The notes under the pieces are model-generated. The model did not search any database and was not told the DNA's origin. It saw only the letters and a program-made list of their open reading frames with translations. The position numbers were made by a program, and so were the translations under genes. A DNA stretch of 64,000 bases from Candidatus Cloacimonadales bacterium. GTDB lineage: Bacteria; Cloacimonadota; Cloacimonadia; Cloacimonadales; JAFGVF01. The stretch spans positions 1,984,001 through 2,048,000 of the forward strand of contig OY762964.1 in the NCBI GenBank assembly GCA_963667035.1, read 5' to 3'. Of the stretch, positions 9,578 through 19,283 are shown piece by piece. Position 1 is the stretch's first letter. The number at the start of each line of letters is the position of its first letter.

Positions 9578-10252
9578 TTACTGTATTTTTCTATAAAGAT
9601 AAACTAAAATCCCTATAAGCATTATATCGCTATGCTCATCCGGTCGGATAATAATCACCTCAAAATCCTTATTAAGAGGAATCAGTCTTATGCTTCTATC
9701 CTTCCTATTAAAAGCAAGTTTCTTTAAAGTAATCTCACCGTCAAGTCTCACGGCACAAACTTTTCCTTCTGCTACATCCCAATTATTACTTTTTTTAATC
9801 AGAACCTTATCACCATGCATGATTTCAGGTTGCATACTTTCACCATTTACTCTAAAACAAAGAAAATCATCAGGATTACCACTTAGTTCTGTCGGGCTTA
9901 TCTTTACTGACTCACCGGCATCTTCATAACAAGGTAAAGGCTGACCGGCAGAGATTTCTCCTACTACTGGCAAGATTAACATCTCCACATCTGAATTAAA
10001 ACTAATCGGTGAATCAACAAAATGTATTTCATCACTTGTGCTATCTATATACTTCTGTCCTTCATTTTTTAATAACCAATGAAGATTAACCTTAAATATA
10101 TCAGCGATATTCAACAATGTTTCAATTGCAGGTTTTGTCTTACCTTTTTCGAACTGAGAAACTGCAGCAGGCTTAACTCCAAGTAATTCGGCAAGCTTAG
10201 CTTGAGACATGTCAAACTCATTTCTCAACTCAACTATTCGTTCTCCAAGCAT
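9578..10252 (-). CDS. XRE-HTH + S24 peptidase repressor (LexA/CI-like)
   Basis: SQAKLAELLGVKPAAVSQFEKG HTH; Ala-Gly site EISAGQP; catalytic Ser GESMQP and Lys TLKKL. Confidence 0.9.
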   Translation of the reverse strand: MLGERIVELRNEFDMSQAKLAELLGVKPAAVSQFEKGKTKPAIETLLNIADIFKVNLHWLLKNEGQKYIDSTSDEIHFVDSPISFNSDVEMLILPVVGEISAGQPLPCYEDAGESVKISPTELSGNPDDFLCFRVNGESMQPEIMHGDKVLIKKSNNWDVAEGKVCAVRLDGEITLKKLAFNRKDRSIRLIPLNKDFEVIIIRPDEHSDIMLIGILVYLYRKIQ

Positions 10253-10283
10253 ATTCTCTCCTTTATTGCAAAGAAATGTTTTC

Positions 10284-10325
10284 TTAAGTATTACTTAAAT
10301 AATAAGAGTTACTTAATTTAGTCAA
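10284..10325 (-). promoter_or_regulatory. Tandem palindromic operators TTAAG-N5-CTTAA overlapping the repressor promoter
   Basis: ttaagtattacttaa (10284-10298, perfect palindrome), ataagagttacttaa (10302-10316, 12/15 match); TTGACT -35 at 10325-10320. Confidence 0.65.
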
Positions 10326-10439
10326 TAAAAATTCTCACAAATTATAATGTTACAGATTACAAAGTAAATTGTATAGTGATAGTATTTGACTGTTAATCGA
10401 TGTGTAGCAAAATATGGTTGTCAAAGGAGATTATTCACT

Positions 10440-11006
10440 ATGGAATCAAATCAAGAGTATTCGTTTCATAATTTTAATAATGAGCTACCCGAAAGCATTA
10501 TTGGATACGACTTTTATAAATGCAATTTTATTAACTGTGATTTTACGGATCTCAGCTTTAATGGAATACTGGATCGATGTACTTTTAATAATTGTAACTT
10601 AACTCTTACATCATTTAAACACGCAAAGCTTCAGGATGTGTTATTTGATAATTGTAAACTACTTGGGATCAATTTCAATGATAGCGACAAGTTAGGCTTA
10701 AAAGTTAGATTCAAAGCATGCTTAATTAGAAGTTGCAATCTCAATTATCTTGAGTTAAAGAATACTGATTACATCGACTGTATCATCATAGAAACAGATT
10801 TTGTTGGAGCTAATCTAAGCAATTGCAATTTTATGAATACTGAATTTAAGGGTGTAATGTTCCATAATACTAATTTGTCCAAAGCTGATTTTACTGGGGC
10901 AAAAGACTACATCATCAATCCTCTTACGAACAGTATAACCGATGCAAAGTTCTCTTTGCCGGATGCAGTATCTCTTCTTACTAGCATGGGAATAAAACTG
11001 GTATAA
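10440..11006 (+). CDS. Pentapeptide repeat protein (MfpA/Qnr-like fold)
   Basis: Repeats such as CNFINCDFTD, ANLSNCNFMN, TNLSKADFTGA; start moved to ATG 10440 behind AAAGGAGA (the track's TTG start at 10386 coincides with a TTGACT -35). Confidence 0.88.
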   Translation: MESNQEYSFHNFNNELPESIIGYDFYKCNFINCDFTDLSFNGILDRCTFNNCNLTLTSFKHAKLQDVLFDNCKLLGINFNDSDKLGLKVRFKACLIRSCNLNYLELKNTDYIDCIIIETDFVGANLSNCNFMNTEFKGVMFHNTNLSKADFTGAKDYIINPLTNSITDAKFSLPDAVSLLTSMGIKLV

Positions 11007-11024
11007 GTTTATAGACTAACTAAA

Positions 11025-11056
11025 GAAAGCCTATACTCGTACGAGTATAGGCTTTT
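11025..11056. repeat. Target-site duplication (32 bp) = bidirectional terminator hairpin, left copy
   Basis: gaaagcctatactcgt|acgagtataggctttt identical to 12720-12751. Confidence 0.95.
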
Positions 11057-11120
11057 CAGACTGTTGACAAAAACATTCTAATTTACATGGATATATTGTT
11101 GAAAGTCATTTTTCTTCATT

Positions 11121-12593
11121 TTAACTGAGCCCAAACCTAAACATGCGAGATTTAGCTCTATTTTCGTGTAAATTGGAGTTGAAAATCATGTAATTGATGA
11201 TAAATTTTGCTATTAATTTCCCTAATTTACCTTTGAAAAGGTATTTTACGAGTTTCTTGATATTTTGCACGATAGCTGTTAGATAAGCTTGTTCTCGAAC
11301 TCGCTCTATTCCTCGATATTTTGCATATCGGTAGCCATGAAGTTGCTTTGCATTGGCAAAGCTTCTCTCAATGGTTTCTTTTCTCCTCTTGTATATCTCT
11401 TTCCCACATAATGTTAACCTATTCTTGTGGATTATCTCTTTGCTCTCTTCCCAGACATGACGAGTGATTACTTTTTGAGAAGACTTACTTTCTGTACATT
11501 TACTTAGCATTGGACAATTCTTGCATTCACTAGGATTCGACTTGTATTCTTTATAGCCATCACGGCTCGTTGTTCTATAATTTAACTCTTTATTACATGG
11601 ACAAATGTAAACATCCTTCCGGGAATTATATGTAAATTTGTTCTTTTTAAATAGACCTTTCTTACCTCCCTGTCTTTTGTAGCCAAGGACTCCCATAATA
11701 TTCATATCTACCAGTTGCTTACAAATGTTAATTGTATCATATCCTGAATCAAGCCCTACTGCCTGAACATTAAAACCATAAACCTTTTGTTGGAACTGTA
11801 ACCTGTCAATATAGCAGGTGCTATCATTTACATTGCCGGGAGTAATGTGAACATCGGTTATATAGTTCGTTTTATGGTCGACTGTCCTATGATCTAAGTA
11901 GAAGAAGCCTTGAGGCTTTCTATCACGGGTCATAAAACCACTATCGGGATCTGTTGTGCTAGACTTGATATTTTTTACTTTAGGTGATGCTCCTCCTTTA
12001 AGATTGTTATCCTTAGGAGGTAAAGGTTTCTTACCATGAGCCTTCCGATCTTCATCAACGCTTGTGTTAAGATCTTCCAAGTAACTCTTGGAGGATACCT
12101 CAACTTCAATATCCTCGAATTTACCTTTATTAGCATTTGCCTTTAGATGGGTTGAGTCGCTATAAAGTATCTTCCCATCAACTAATCCATGTTTAATGCC
12201 TAACTTCACTATATCTATAAAAATCTCTTCGAATACGCTGCTATCATTAAATCGCCTTCTACGATTTTGACTGAAGACTGAGTGATGAGGTACTTTATCA
12301 GTTAGTCCAAAGCCTAAGAACCAACGATAAGCCACATTGACCTCAATCTCTTTGACCAATTGTCTTTCCGAGCGAATACCGAATAGATAGCCAATAAAAA
12401 GCATTTTGAAAAGAGTAATAGGATGAATTGGAGGACGACCGGTAGTAGAACAATACAAATGCGCTGTTCTATCTAAAATGAATGAAAAATCTATTACGCT
12501 ATCGATTTTCCTTAGTATGTGATCTACCGGTACTAAATCATCTATTATTACAAACTCCATTTGGGACTGTGTGTCAGAAACTTTTTTAAGCAT
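11121..12593 (-). CDS. IS1182-family transposase
   Basis: GRPPIHP, GIRSERQLVKEI, VAYRWFLG, DSTHLKANA, TTDPDS, DSGY, RRKETIERSFA; ATG 12593 behind AGAGGT. Confidence 0.95.
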   Translation of the reverse strand: MLKKVSDTQSQMEFVIIDDLVPVDHILRKIDSVIDFSFILDRTAHLYCSTTGRPPIHPITLFKMLFIGYLFGIRSERQLVKEIEVNVAYRWFLGFGLTDKVPHHSVFSQNRRRRFNDSSVFEEIFIDIVKLGIKHGLVDGKILYSDSTHLKANANKGKFEDIEVEVSSKSYLEDLNTSVDEDRKAHGKKPLPPKDNNLKGGASPKVKNIKSSTTDPDSGFMTRDRKPQGFFYLDHRTVDHKTNYITDVHITPGNVNDSTCYIDRLQFQQKVYGFNVQAVGLDSGYDTINICKQLVDMNIMGVLGYKRQGGKKGLFKKNKFTYNSRKDVYICPCNKELNYRTTSRDGYKEYKSNPSECKNCPMLSKCTESKSSQKVITRHVWEESKEIIHKNRLTLCGKEIYKRRKETIERSFANAKQLHGYRYAKYRGIERVREQAYLTAIVQNIKKLVKYLFKGKLGKLIAKFIINYMIFNSNLHENRAKSRMFRFGLS

Positions 12594-12669
12594 AACCACC
12601 TCTAATTATGATGGTTTAAGTATAATCTAAGGGGGTTTTTGTCAATGATTGATATTCTTATTTTAAGCT

Positions 12670-12710
12670 AAAAAAAGACAAAGCTATGAAATCTTACTCA
12701 TAGCTTTGTC
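12670..12710 (-). terminator. IS-internal terminator-like hairpin overlapping the upstream IR
   Basis: gacaaagctatga-aatcttac-tcatagctttgtc with A7 run; same in copy 2; positioned to block read-in transcription. Confidence 0.7.
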
Positions 12711-12719
12711 AACAGTCTG

Positions 12720-12751
12720 GAAAGCCTATACTCGTACGAGTATAGGCTTTT
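12720..12751. repeat. Target-site duplication, right copy; now terminates the decarboxylase operon
   Basis: Identical to 11025-11056; 22 bp from the beta-subunit stop. Confidence 0.95.
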
Positions 12752-12773
12752 CTAGAATGAATTACATATTAAA

Positions 12774-13901
12774 CTAATGAGCCAAAATACCTAACATAAC
12801 ACCTGCGGCAACTGCTGAACCGATTACTCCGGCAACATTAGGAGCCATAGCATGCATTAACAAGTAGTTTGATTTATTATACTCTTGTCCGATTATCTGG
12901 GAAACACGAGCAGAATCAGGCACTGCTGATACACCCGCGTTACCGATAAGCGGATTAATCTTTTCTTTAAGGAACAAGTTCATGAATTTAGCAAAGAGGA
13001 CACCAAATGCTGTTGCAACACAGAAAGAGAAAGCACCTAATAAGAAGATCTTAATAGATGTTATATTCAGGAAATACTGAGCATTTGTTGAAGCACCAAC
13101 GGTAAATCCAAGAAGAATTACGACCATATCGTTCATTGATGTTCTTGCTGTATTGGCTAGACGTTCCGTAACGCCACACTCCTTAAGGAGATTACCAAAG
13201 AACAACATAGAAAGAAGAGCAATACCACCGGGAGCAATGAAAGTAGTGATAATCATACCCACGATTGGGAATATTATCTTCTCACGTTTAGAAACGATTC
13301 GAGGAGTTTTCATTTTGATAACTCTTTCTTTCTTAGTAGTAAGAAGTTTCATGATCGGCGGTTGGATTACTGGCACAAGAGCCATATATGAATACGCTGC
13401 AACAGCAATTGCACCAAGAAGATGCGGTGCTAGTTTTGAGGCTATATATATAGATGTAGGTCCATCAGCTCCACCTATAATACCTATTGAAGCAGCTTCC
13501 ATGAGATTGAATCCTAATAAAAGCGAACCTATAAAGGTTATGAATATACCGGCTTGAGCCGCTGCACCTAACAATATAAGCTTAGGATTAGCAATCAGAG
13601 TAGAGAAATCAGTCATCGCACCTATACCAAGGAATATTAGTGGTGGATAGTAGCCTCTACTAACACCCTGATAGAGGTAATACATAACTGATCCATGATC
13701 ATAAACACTCTGTCCTTGCAATGATATACCAGGAATGTTCCCTACTACTATACCAAAACCTATGGGAACAAGCAATAATGGCTCATAATGCTTAGCAATA
13801 CCAAGATAGATAAATACTAAACCTATGACAATCATTGAGAAATAGCCAAGATTAAGATTAGCAAAACCGGTAGTGTGAAAGAAATTCACCATTTCTTGCA
13901 T
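12774..13901 (-). CDS. Na+-translocating decarboxylase beta subunit (OadB/MmdB/GcdB family)
   Basis: YEPLLLVPIGFG, IGIIGGADGPT, AYSYMALVPVIQPP, GVSAVP, NVAGVIGS. Confidence 0.95.
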   Translation of the reverse strand: MQEMVNFFHTTGFANLNLGYFSMIVIGLVFIYLGIAKHYEPLLLVPIGFGIVVGNIPGISLQGQSVYDHGSVMYYLYQGVSRGYYPPLIFLGIGAMTDFSTLIANPKLILLGAAAQAGIFITFIGSLLLGFNLMEAASIGIIGGADGPTSIYIASKLAPHLLGAIAVAAYSYMALVPVIQPPIMKLLTTKKERVIKMKTPRIVSKREKIIFPIVGMIITTFIAPGGIALLSMLFFGNLLKECGVTERLANTARTSMNDMVVILLGFTVGASTNAQYFLNITSIKIFLLGAFSFCVATAFGVLFAKFMNLFLKEKINPLIGNAGVSAVPDSARVSQIIGQEYNKSNYLLMHAMAPNVAGVIGSAVAAGVMLGILAH

Positions 13902-13903
13902 GA

Positions 13904-14647
13904 TTAATCTCCTATTTCTATCATAACATCACCTTCTTGTACAGCATCACCTGTATTGAACCTGATGTTAGTAACAGTTCCGGCATACTCGGAAGAAATC
14001 TCAGATTCCATCTTCATTGCCTCTAAAATAATCACAGGATCTCCTGCGTTCACTCTATCACCGACTTTAACTTTTATACCAAGAATCGTACCGGGGATAG
14101 GAGCTGTAATACCTTTACCACCTGAACCGGCTTGAGGAGCAGGTGTTGGAGCAGCTACAGGTTGAGCAGGAGCAGAAGTTTGTTTCATTGGTTGAGGTTT
14201 AGGTTTCTGAACAGGGGTAGGATTATTTGCCGGAGTTATTGAAACCATTAACTGACCTTCTGTTACAGGAGATTTATCTTTTACTAAAACTTTAGCTACT
14301 TTACCTGAACAAGGTGCAGGGATCTCCGATTCCATTTTCATTGCTTCTAGGATAACAATCGGTTGCCCTTTCTTTACTTCATCTCCTTCCTTCACATTTA
14401 CCGATACAATAACACCAGGAATAGGAGAATGAACATTGCCGTCACTACTATTATTGTTTTCAAACTCAGGAGTTGAAGGAAGCTCTCTTGCTGATCTTTC
14501 AATTTTTGGAATTGAAGCTGAACCATCATTGAGGAATTCGACTGAAAACTTGTTTCCATTAACTTCGACTACAGCACCTGATTCGTGATAACTAACGATA
14601 TAGGCACTATATGTCTCCCCATTTATTTTTAGATTATATTTTTTCAT
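13904..14647 (-). CDS. Biotin carboxyl carrier subunit with two biotinyl domains (MmdC-like)
   Basis: Two LEAMKME motifs separated by a Pro/Ala/Gln linker. Confidence 0.93.
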   Translation of the reverse strand: MKKYNLKINGETYSAYIVSYHESGAVVEVNGNKFSVEFLNDGSASIPKIERSARELPSTPEFENNNSSDGNVHSPIPGVIVSVNVKEGDEVKKGQPIVILEAMKMESEIPAPCSGKVAKVLVKDKSPVTEGQLMVSITPANNPTPVQKPKPQPMKQTSAPAQPVAAPTPAPQAGSGGKGITAPIPGTILGIKVKVGDRVNAGDPVIILEAMKMESEISSEYAGTVTNIRFNTGDAVQEGDVMIEIGD

Positions 14648-15324
14648 TATTTGCGACCTCGTGTAGGTTGATTGTAATTGTAGTTGGGCATATCAGTTTT
14701 ATTATGTGCTCCCCAGAGAGTAATCGGAGTTCTTTGAAAAGTTAAGAGAATTTTACGTCTTTCATCAATTTCACTACGATATTTATGCAATGCTATTATA
14801 ACCGCAACTATTGAGTTTGAACTTATTGCCTCTGCTGAAGCAGTAACATTACCCACAGGCGTAGATACTGTTGCAGTTTTCGGCTTTCTCTCTTTTCCTA
14901 AGTGTTTAAAGAAACCAATAAGGATACTAATTACTAGCAAGCTTACAAACACAACAGATATACCAACAATGGTTATATTACCACCGAATTGGTAACGCTC
15001 ATTAAGAAACTGCTGGTATACTTCTTTAAATCTTTCAGGAGTAACTTTCAAATCTTGAAGCGATTTGTCATCCCACTCTCTTTTATAGTTCGCTATATTC
15101 TGATTATGAGCCGTATTGTAAGCTTCAAGTTCAGGTTCTAGCAATGATTTAATCTTTTTAACAGGAACATTAAGCTGGTCACAAAGCTCAACTAAAGTCT
15201 GATTTTCAGAAACTGTAAACTCTTGCTTTTCTCCGCAAAATTCTCCTATAACCTTCACAGGTTCTGCAATCAAAAATGAACTTATAACAAGCAACAAAAC
15301 TATGATAAGACTTTTGCTTTTCAT
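14647..15324 (-). CDS. OadG/MmdD-family small subunit with extra N-terminal exported domain
   Basis: Signal peptide, then TM helix ITIVGISVVFVSLLVISILI, conserved IVAVIIAL segment and a distal W; operon position. Confidence 0.75.
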   Translation of the reverse strand: MKSKSLIIVLLLVISSFLIAEPVKVIGEFCGEKQEFTVSENQTLVELCDQLNVPVKKIKSLLEPELEAYNTAHNQNIANYKREWDDKSLQDLKVTPERFKEVYQQFLNERYQFGGNITIVGISVVFVSLLVISILIGFFKHLGKERKPKTATVSTPVGNVTASAEAISSNSIVAVIIALHKYRSEIDERRKILLTFQRTPITLWGAHNKTDMPNYNYNQPTRGRK

Positions 15325-15332
15325 ATTGTCAC

Positions 15333-16883
15333 CTATAACGGGATATTTCCGTGTTTTCTAGCAGGGATTACATCTTTCTTGGTTGCTAGCATTTCTAATG
15401 CTCTAATCAATCTGAATCTGGTCCTAGATGGTTCAATAACATCATCAACATATCCACGCTCTGCAGCATTGTATGGATTTGCAAATTTATCACGATACTC
15501 GTTTTCTTTATCAAGAAGAACCTGCTTAGGATTTGGTGCATCCATTGCTTCTTTTCTGAAAATAACTTCAACAGCTCCTGCCGGTCCCATAACAGCAATC
15601 TCAGCAGAAGGCCATGCATAAACCATATCGGCTCTCATGTGACGACTATTCATAACACAGTAAGCTCCACCATAAGCCTTTCTAAGAATAACTGTAATTT
15701 TGGGTACTGTAGCTTCAGCAAAAGCATAAAGCAATTTAGCCCCATTACTTATAATTCCATTATGTTCCTGATTCTGACCGGGTAGGAATCCGGGAACATC
15801 TTCAAGTACAACTAACGGTACATTGAAAGAATCACAGAATCTAATGAATCTAGCAGCTTTGTTAGAAGCATTAATATCCAAAACACCGGCAAGGAACTTA
15901 GGTTGATTGGCAACAAATCCCACTGTATAGCCATTAAGTCTACCAAAGCCAACGACAATGTTCTGTGCATAATTTCTATGAATCTCAAGGAATTCATTAT
16001 CATCAACAATTGTATGAATTACATCTAATATATCGTAGGGTTTATTAGGATTATCCGGAATAATTGTATTTAACTCATCACAAGGTCTGCTTACCGGGTC
16101 AGATGTAGTAACAACAGGAGGAGATTCAAGATTATTAGATGGTATGTAACTAAGAAGTTTCTTTATTAAGAGAATTGTTTCTTCTTCATTATCGGTCACA
16201 AAGTGAGTAACACCACTCTTTGTAGCATGAACCATAGCTCCACCTAACGCATCAGGAGTAGTATCCTGGTTAAGCACAGTCTTAACAACTTTAGGTCCGG
16301 TTACAAACATATAGCTGTTCTTTTTGTTCATGATAATGAAATCTGTTATAGCAGGTGAGTAAACTGCCCCACCGGCACATGGTCCTAATATTGCAGAAAT
16401 CTGCGGAATAACACCGGAAGCCATAACATTACGATAGAATATTTCTGCATAACCGGCAAGAGCTTCAACACCTTCCTGTATTCTAGCTCCACCTGAATCA
16501 TTTAGCCCTATTACAGGAGCTCCGGCTTTCATAGCCATATCTTGAATTTTGCATATTTTCTCTGCATAAGTTTTGGATAAAGAGCCACCGAATACAGTGA
16601 AATCTTGAGCAAATAGAAAAACAAGTCTACCGTTGACCGTGCCACAACCTGTGACAACACCATCACCGGCTATACGATTTTTCTCCATACCGAAGTTATG
16701 ACAGTTATGTTTCACAAAAAGGTCAAATTCTTCGAAACTATCCTCATCAACTAAAAGGTCAATACGCTCACGAGCTGTAAGCTTTCCCTTTGCATGTTGA
16801 GCATCAATACGTTTCTGACCACCTCCGAGCATTGCTTTGTCTCTAAGACTTCGCAGTTCGGTAATCTTTTTCGGAACGTCCAT
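15333..16883 (-). CDS. Acyl-CoA carboxyltransferase subunit (methylmalonyl-CoA decarboxylase alpha / PccB family)
   Basis: [40 protein letters not shown]-terminal KHGNIPL. Confidence 0.95.
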   Translation of the reverse strand: MDVPKKITELRSLRDKAMLGGGQKRIDAQHAKGKLTARERIDLLVDEDSFEEFDLFVKHNCHNFGMEKNRIAGDGVVTGCGTVNGRLVFLFAQDFTVFGGSLSKTYAEKICKIQDMAMKAGAPVIGLNDSGGARIQEGVEALAGYAEIFYRNVMASGVIPQISAILGPCAGGAVYSPAITDFIIMNKKNSYMFVTGPKVVKTVLNQDTTPDALGGAMVHATKSGVTHFVTDNEEETILLIKKLLSYIPSNNLESPPVVTTSDPVSRPCDELNTIIPDNPNKPYDILDVIHTIVDDNEFLEIHRNYAQNIVVGFGRLNGYTVGFVANQPKFLAGVLDINASNKAARFIRFCDSFNVPLVVLEDVPGFLPGQNQEHNGIISNGAKLLYAFAEATVPKITVILRKAYGGAYCVMNSRHMRADMVYAWPSAEIAVMGPAGAVEVIFRKEAMDAPNPKQVLLDKENEYRDKFANPYNAAERGYVDDVIEPSRTRFRLIRALEMLATKKDVIPARKHGNIPL

Positions 16884-17095
16884 AAATCCTCCCGATACTA
16901 TTTTATTTATTCTTATATATAAACTTAAGTAGTGTTAATCCACAAAATTCTCATATAGCATTTAGTAAAGTTTTTTTCAAAAAATCGTAAACCCTTTAAA
17001 AACAGAGAGAAAAGGTAGGTTTACTCTTAACAGATTATTAGCTAAACTATTATTTTCATTTGCCGTCACACGCAGTAACGGTGATTAAATTGTGT

Positions 17096-17761
17096 TTATT
17101 TAGTGGCAATCCCCATCATATCCCTTAGTCTTTGTAAATCTATCCATGCACCTTTTTTCAAATGTACATTTCTTAAAAGAGCAGAAGGATGGTAGGTTGT
17201 TATTGTCTGGGCATTTTCAAAGGTGAAGGTTTTACCTCGAAGCCTACTTAAAGCTTCACCTGTATTCAGAATATTGTGTGCAGCAACTCTTCCGAGTAAA
17301 AGTATATATTCAGGTTGAATAATATGGATTTGTTCAAGCAGATAATATCGGCAAGCCTCAGCTTCATCAGGCTCCGGATTACGATTAGCGGGAGGTCGGC
17401 ACTTGACTATGTTGCAAATATAAACATCTTCTCTAGAAAGGCTTATTGCTTCGAGCATTTTGGTTAACAATTGACCAGCCGGGCCTACAAAAACTTTCCC
17501 GGTTCTATCTTCGACTTCTCCAGGTCCTTCTCCGATTAGAAGAAGTCTAGCATCGGGATTACCATCTCCGTAAACAAAGTTGGTTCTGCCTTTGTGAAGT
17601 TTGCATTTAGTACAATTGGCGTATTGTTTGCTTAATGTGTCCAGTCTCTCTTTCTTTTGTTCAGCTGAAAGACTAGGAGGTTTTATCTCTTCAGGCTTTC
17701 TCAGGTAGTCAATACCTGAGAGCCCGAGCATTTCCAAATATTGTTTAACTGCTTTCTTCAT
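17096..17761 (-). CDS. Uracil-DNA glycosylase family 4
   Basis: CxxC, IGEGPG, FVGPAGQLL, NIVKCRPP.NR.P, YHPSALLR. Confidence 0.93.
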   Translation of the reverse strand: MKKAVKQYLEMLGLSGIDYLRKPEEIKPPSLSAEQKKERLDTLSKQYANCTKCKLHKGRTNFVYGDGNPDARLLLIGEGPGEVEDRTGKVFVGPAGQLLTKMLEAISLSREDVYICNIVKCRPPANRNPEPDEAEACRYYLLEQIHIIQPEYILLLGRVAAHNILNTGEALSRLRGKTFTFENAQTITTYHPSALLRNVHLKKGAWIDLQRLRDMMGIATK

Positions 17762-17784
17762 TAGATTACAGTCATAAAAATTTA

Positions 17785-18090
17785 TTACATATCTTCCATT
17801 ACAAATGGAAGTTCTTCAATATCATCATCCTCGTCAAGATCTTCATCCTGCATTGCAGCAAGACGTTTCTCTTCTTCGATTGCCATGTGCTGTTCAATCT
17901 CTTCCAGATAATCAGGAATCTCATTAACAGCAACATGCTCCATTGCCACTTCAGTAAGCTTGTTATCGAACTTACCTCTAACAAACTCAGGAAGATCGTT
18001 TAATCTCTGCACTTCTTTATTTGAAAGCAAGCAGAACAGATAATTCATATTATGATTTTCAAGAAACTTCTCGATTTTAGGGTTAATCAT
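17785..18090 (-). CDS. rpoZ: Probable divergent RNA polymerase omega subunit with acidic tail
   Basis: Overlaps the gmk stop (classic gmk-rpoZ synteny); MINPKIEKFLE...Y.F.....K...RL...KLTEVAMEHVA...I follows the omega pattern; SD AGAGGTGA. Confidence 0.6.
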   Translation of the reverse strand: MINPKIEKFLENHNMNYLFCLLSNKEVQRLNDLPEFVRGKFDNKLTEVAMEHVAVNEIPDYLEEIEQHMAIEEEKRLAAMQDEDLDEDDDIEELPFVMEDM

Positions 18091-18718
18091 TTTCACCTCT
18101 GTAGAATTTTGTATCTATTTCAGAATATCTTTCTCTTTGTAACTCTTCCGCTGAAATAATGGTTTTAACATCTTCAACAGCTCGAGACAATTCATCATTT
18201 ATTATTACGTATTTATAGTCTTTGATATAACTCAATTCAACGTCCGCATTTGTCAACCTTTTCCTGATAACATCCTCTGAGTCTGTACCCCTTTGACGTA
18301 ATCTCCGTTCCAAAACAGACTTATCCGGAGGCAATATAAATATCTTAACAATATCGAGCTCACTATTTGTTATCTGGTCAGCACCTTGCACGTCAATATC
18401 CATGATAACATGTCTACCTTCATCTAATCTGCTTTGTATGTAACTCTTCGATGTTCCGTAGTAATTACCATGTACCAAAGCATATTCAAGGAAGTCCCCG
18501 GCTTCTATCATTTCCTTAAATCTATCTTCCGAAACAAAGAAATAATGAACACCATTCTTCTCTTCTCCCCTTGGGGCTCGAGTAGTGTAAGATATAGAAT
18601 AATCAATATTCCTACTATCTTTGAGAATCTCCCCAAGTATAGTAGACTTTCCACCACCTGAAGGTGCTGAAAGAATTATCAAAAATGGTTTAGTCGGACA
18701 GTAATCTTTTCTATTCAT
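18083..18718 (-). CDS. gmk: Guanylate kinase
   Basis: SAPSGGGKST, SYTTRAPRGEE.NGVHYFF, GNYYGT, DIDVQGA. Confidence 0.97.
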   Translation of the reverse strand: MNRKDYCPTKPFLIILSAPSGGGKSTILGEILKDSRNIDYSISYTTRAPRGEEKNGVHYFFVSEDRFKEMIEAGDFLEYALVHGNYYGTSKSYIQSRLDEGRHVIMDIDVQGADQITNSELDIVKIFILPPDKSVLERRLRQRGTDSEDVIRKRLTNADVELSYIKDYKYVIINDELSRAVEDVKTIISAEELQRERYSEIDTKFYRGEND

Positions 18719-18729
18719 AGTTATAAAAT

Positions 18730-18755
18730 GAAGCCGTTACTAATGTAACGGCTTC
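18730..18755 (-). terminator. Hairpin between gcvH and gmk
   Basis: gaagccgttac-taat-gtaacggcttc perfect 11-bp stem. Confidence 0.65.
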
Positions 18756-18771
18756 TTTAAAATTAATTATT

Positions 18772-19152
18772 TTAGCCTTCAATTATTTTCTTATATGCAG
18801 AAGCACTTAAAAGCTGTTCTATTTCCTCTTTGTCACTAAGCTCGACTTTAATCATCCAGCCTTCTTCGTAAGGACTGCTATTTACTAATTCAGCATTGTC
18901 TTCAAGGTCTGAATTAACTTCGATAACTTCACCACTAACTGGTGAGTTTACATCTTCAACAGCTTTGGATGTTTCAACTGAGCCAAAAGGTTCATCAGCT
19001 GATACGCTGTCACCAACTTCAGGAAGTTCAACGTATACAATCTCACCCAGTTCCTGCTGAGCAAAATCTGTGATGCCTATATAAGCTACATCACCTTCAA
19101 CCTTGACCCATTCATGAGATTCTGTGTAATATAAATCATCTTTTACTGTCAT
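18772..19152 (-). CDS. gcvH: Glycine cleavage system H protein
   Basis: YTESHEW, GITDFAQQELGEIVYVELP, VETSKAV lipoyl Lys, SPYEEGW; ATG 19152 behind GGAGG. Confidence 0.96.
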   Translation of the reverse strand: MTVKDDLYYTESHEWVKVEGDVAYIGITDFAQQELGEIVYVELPEVGDSVSADEPFGSVETSKAVEDVNSPVSGEVIEVNSDLEDNAELVNSSPYEEGWMIKVELSDKEEIEQLLSASAYKKIIEG

Positions 19153-19283
19153 ATTAACCTCCAAAGGAAATACTTATATCGCAAGTCTGAGGACCTGGTT
19201 TAGTTGTCAAGATAAATTAGTTTGAAAACACTCAGAATTCTAAACATTTCTTATCATTTTTTTTGAAATCGGTATTCTTAGAT

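Larger units (their letters stand above)
11057..12719 (-). mobile_element. IS1182-family insertion sequence, copy 1 (1663 bp)
   Basis: Terminal IRs cagactgttgacaaa / tttgtcaacagtctg; flanking 32-bp direct repeat; near-identical to 52169-53829. Confidence 0.95.

Noticed and set aside
9578..10252. Prophage immunity region
   Set aside because: No cro, integrase, replication or structural phage genes adjacent
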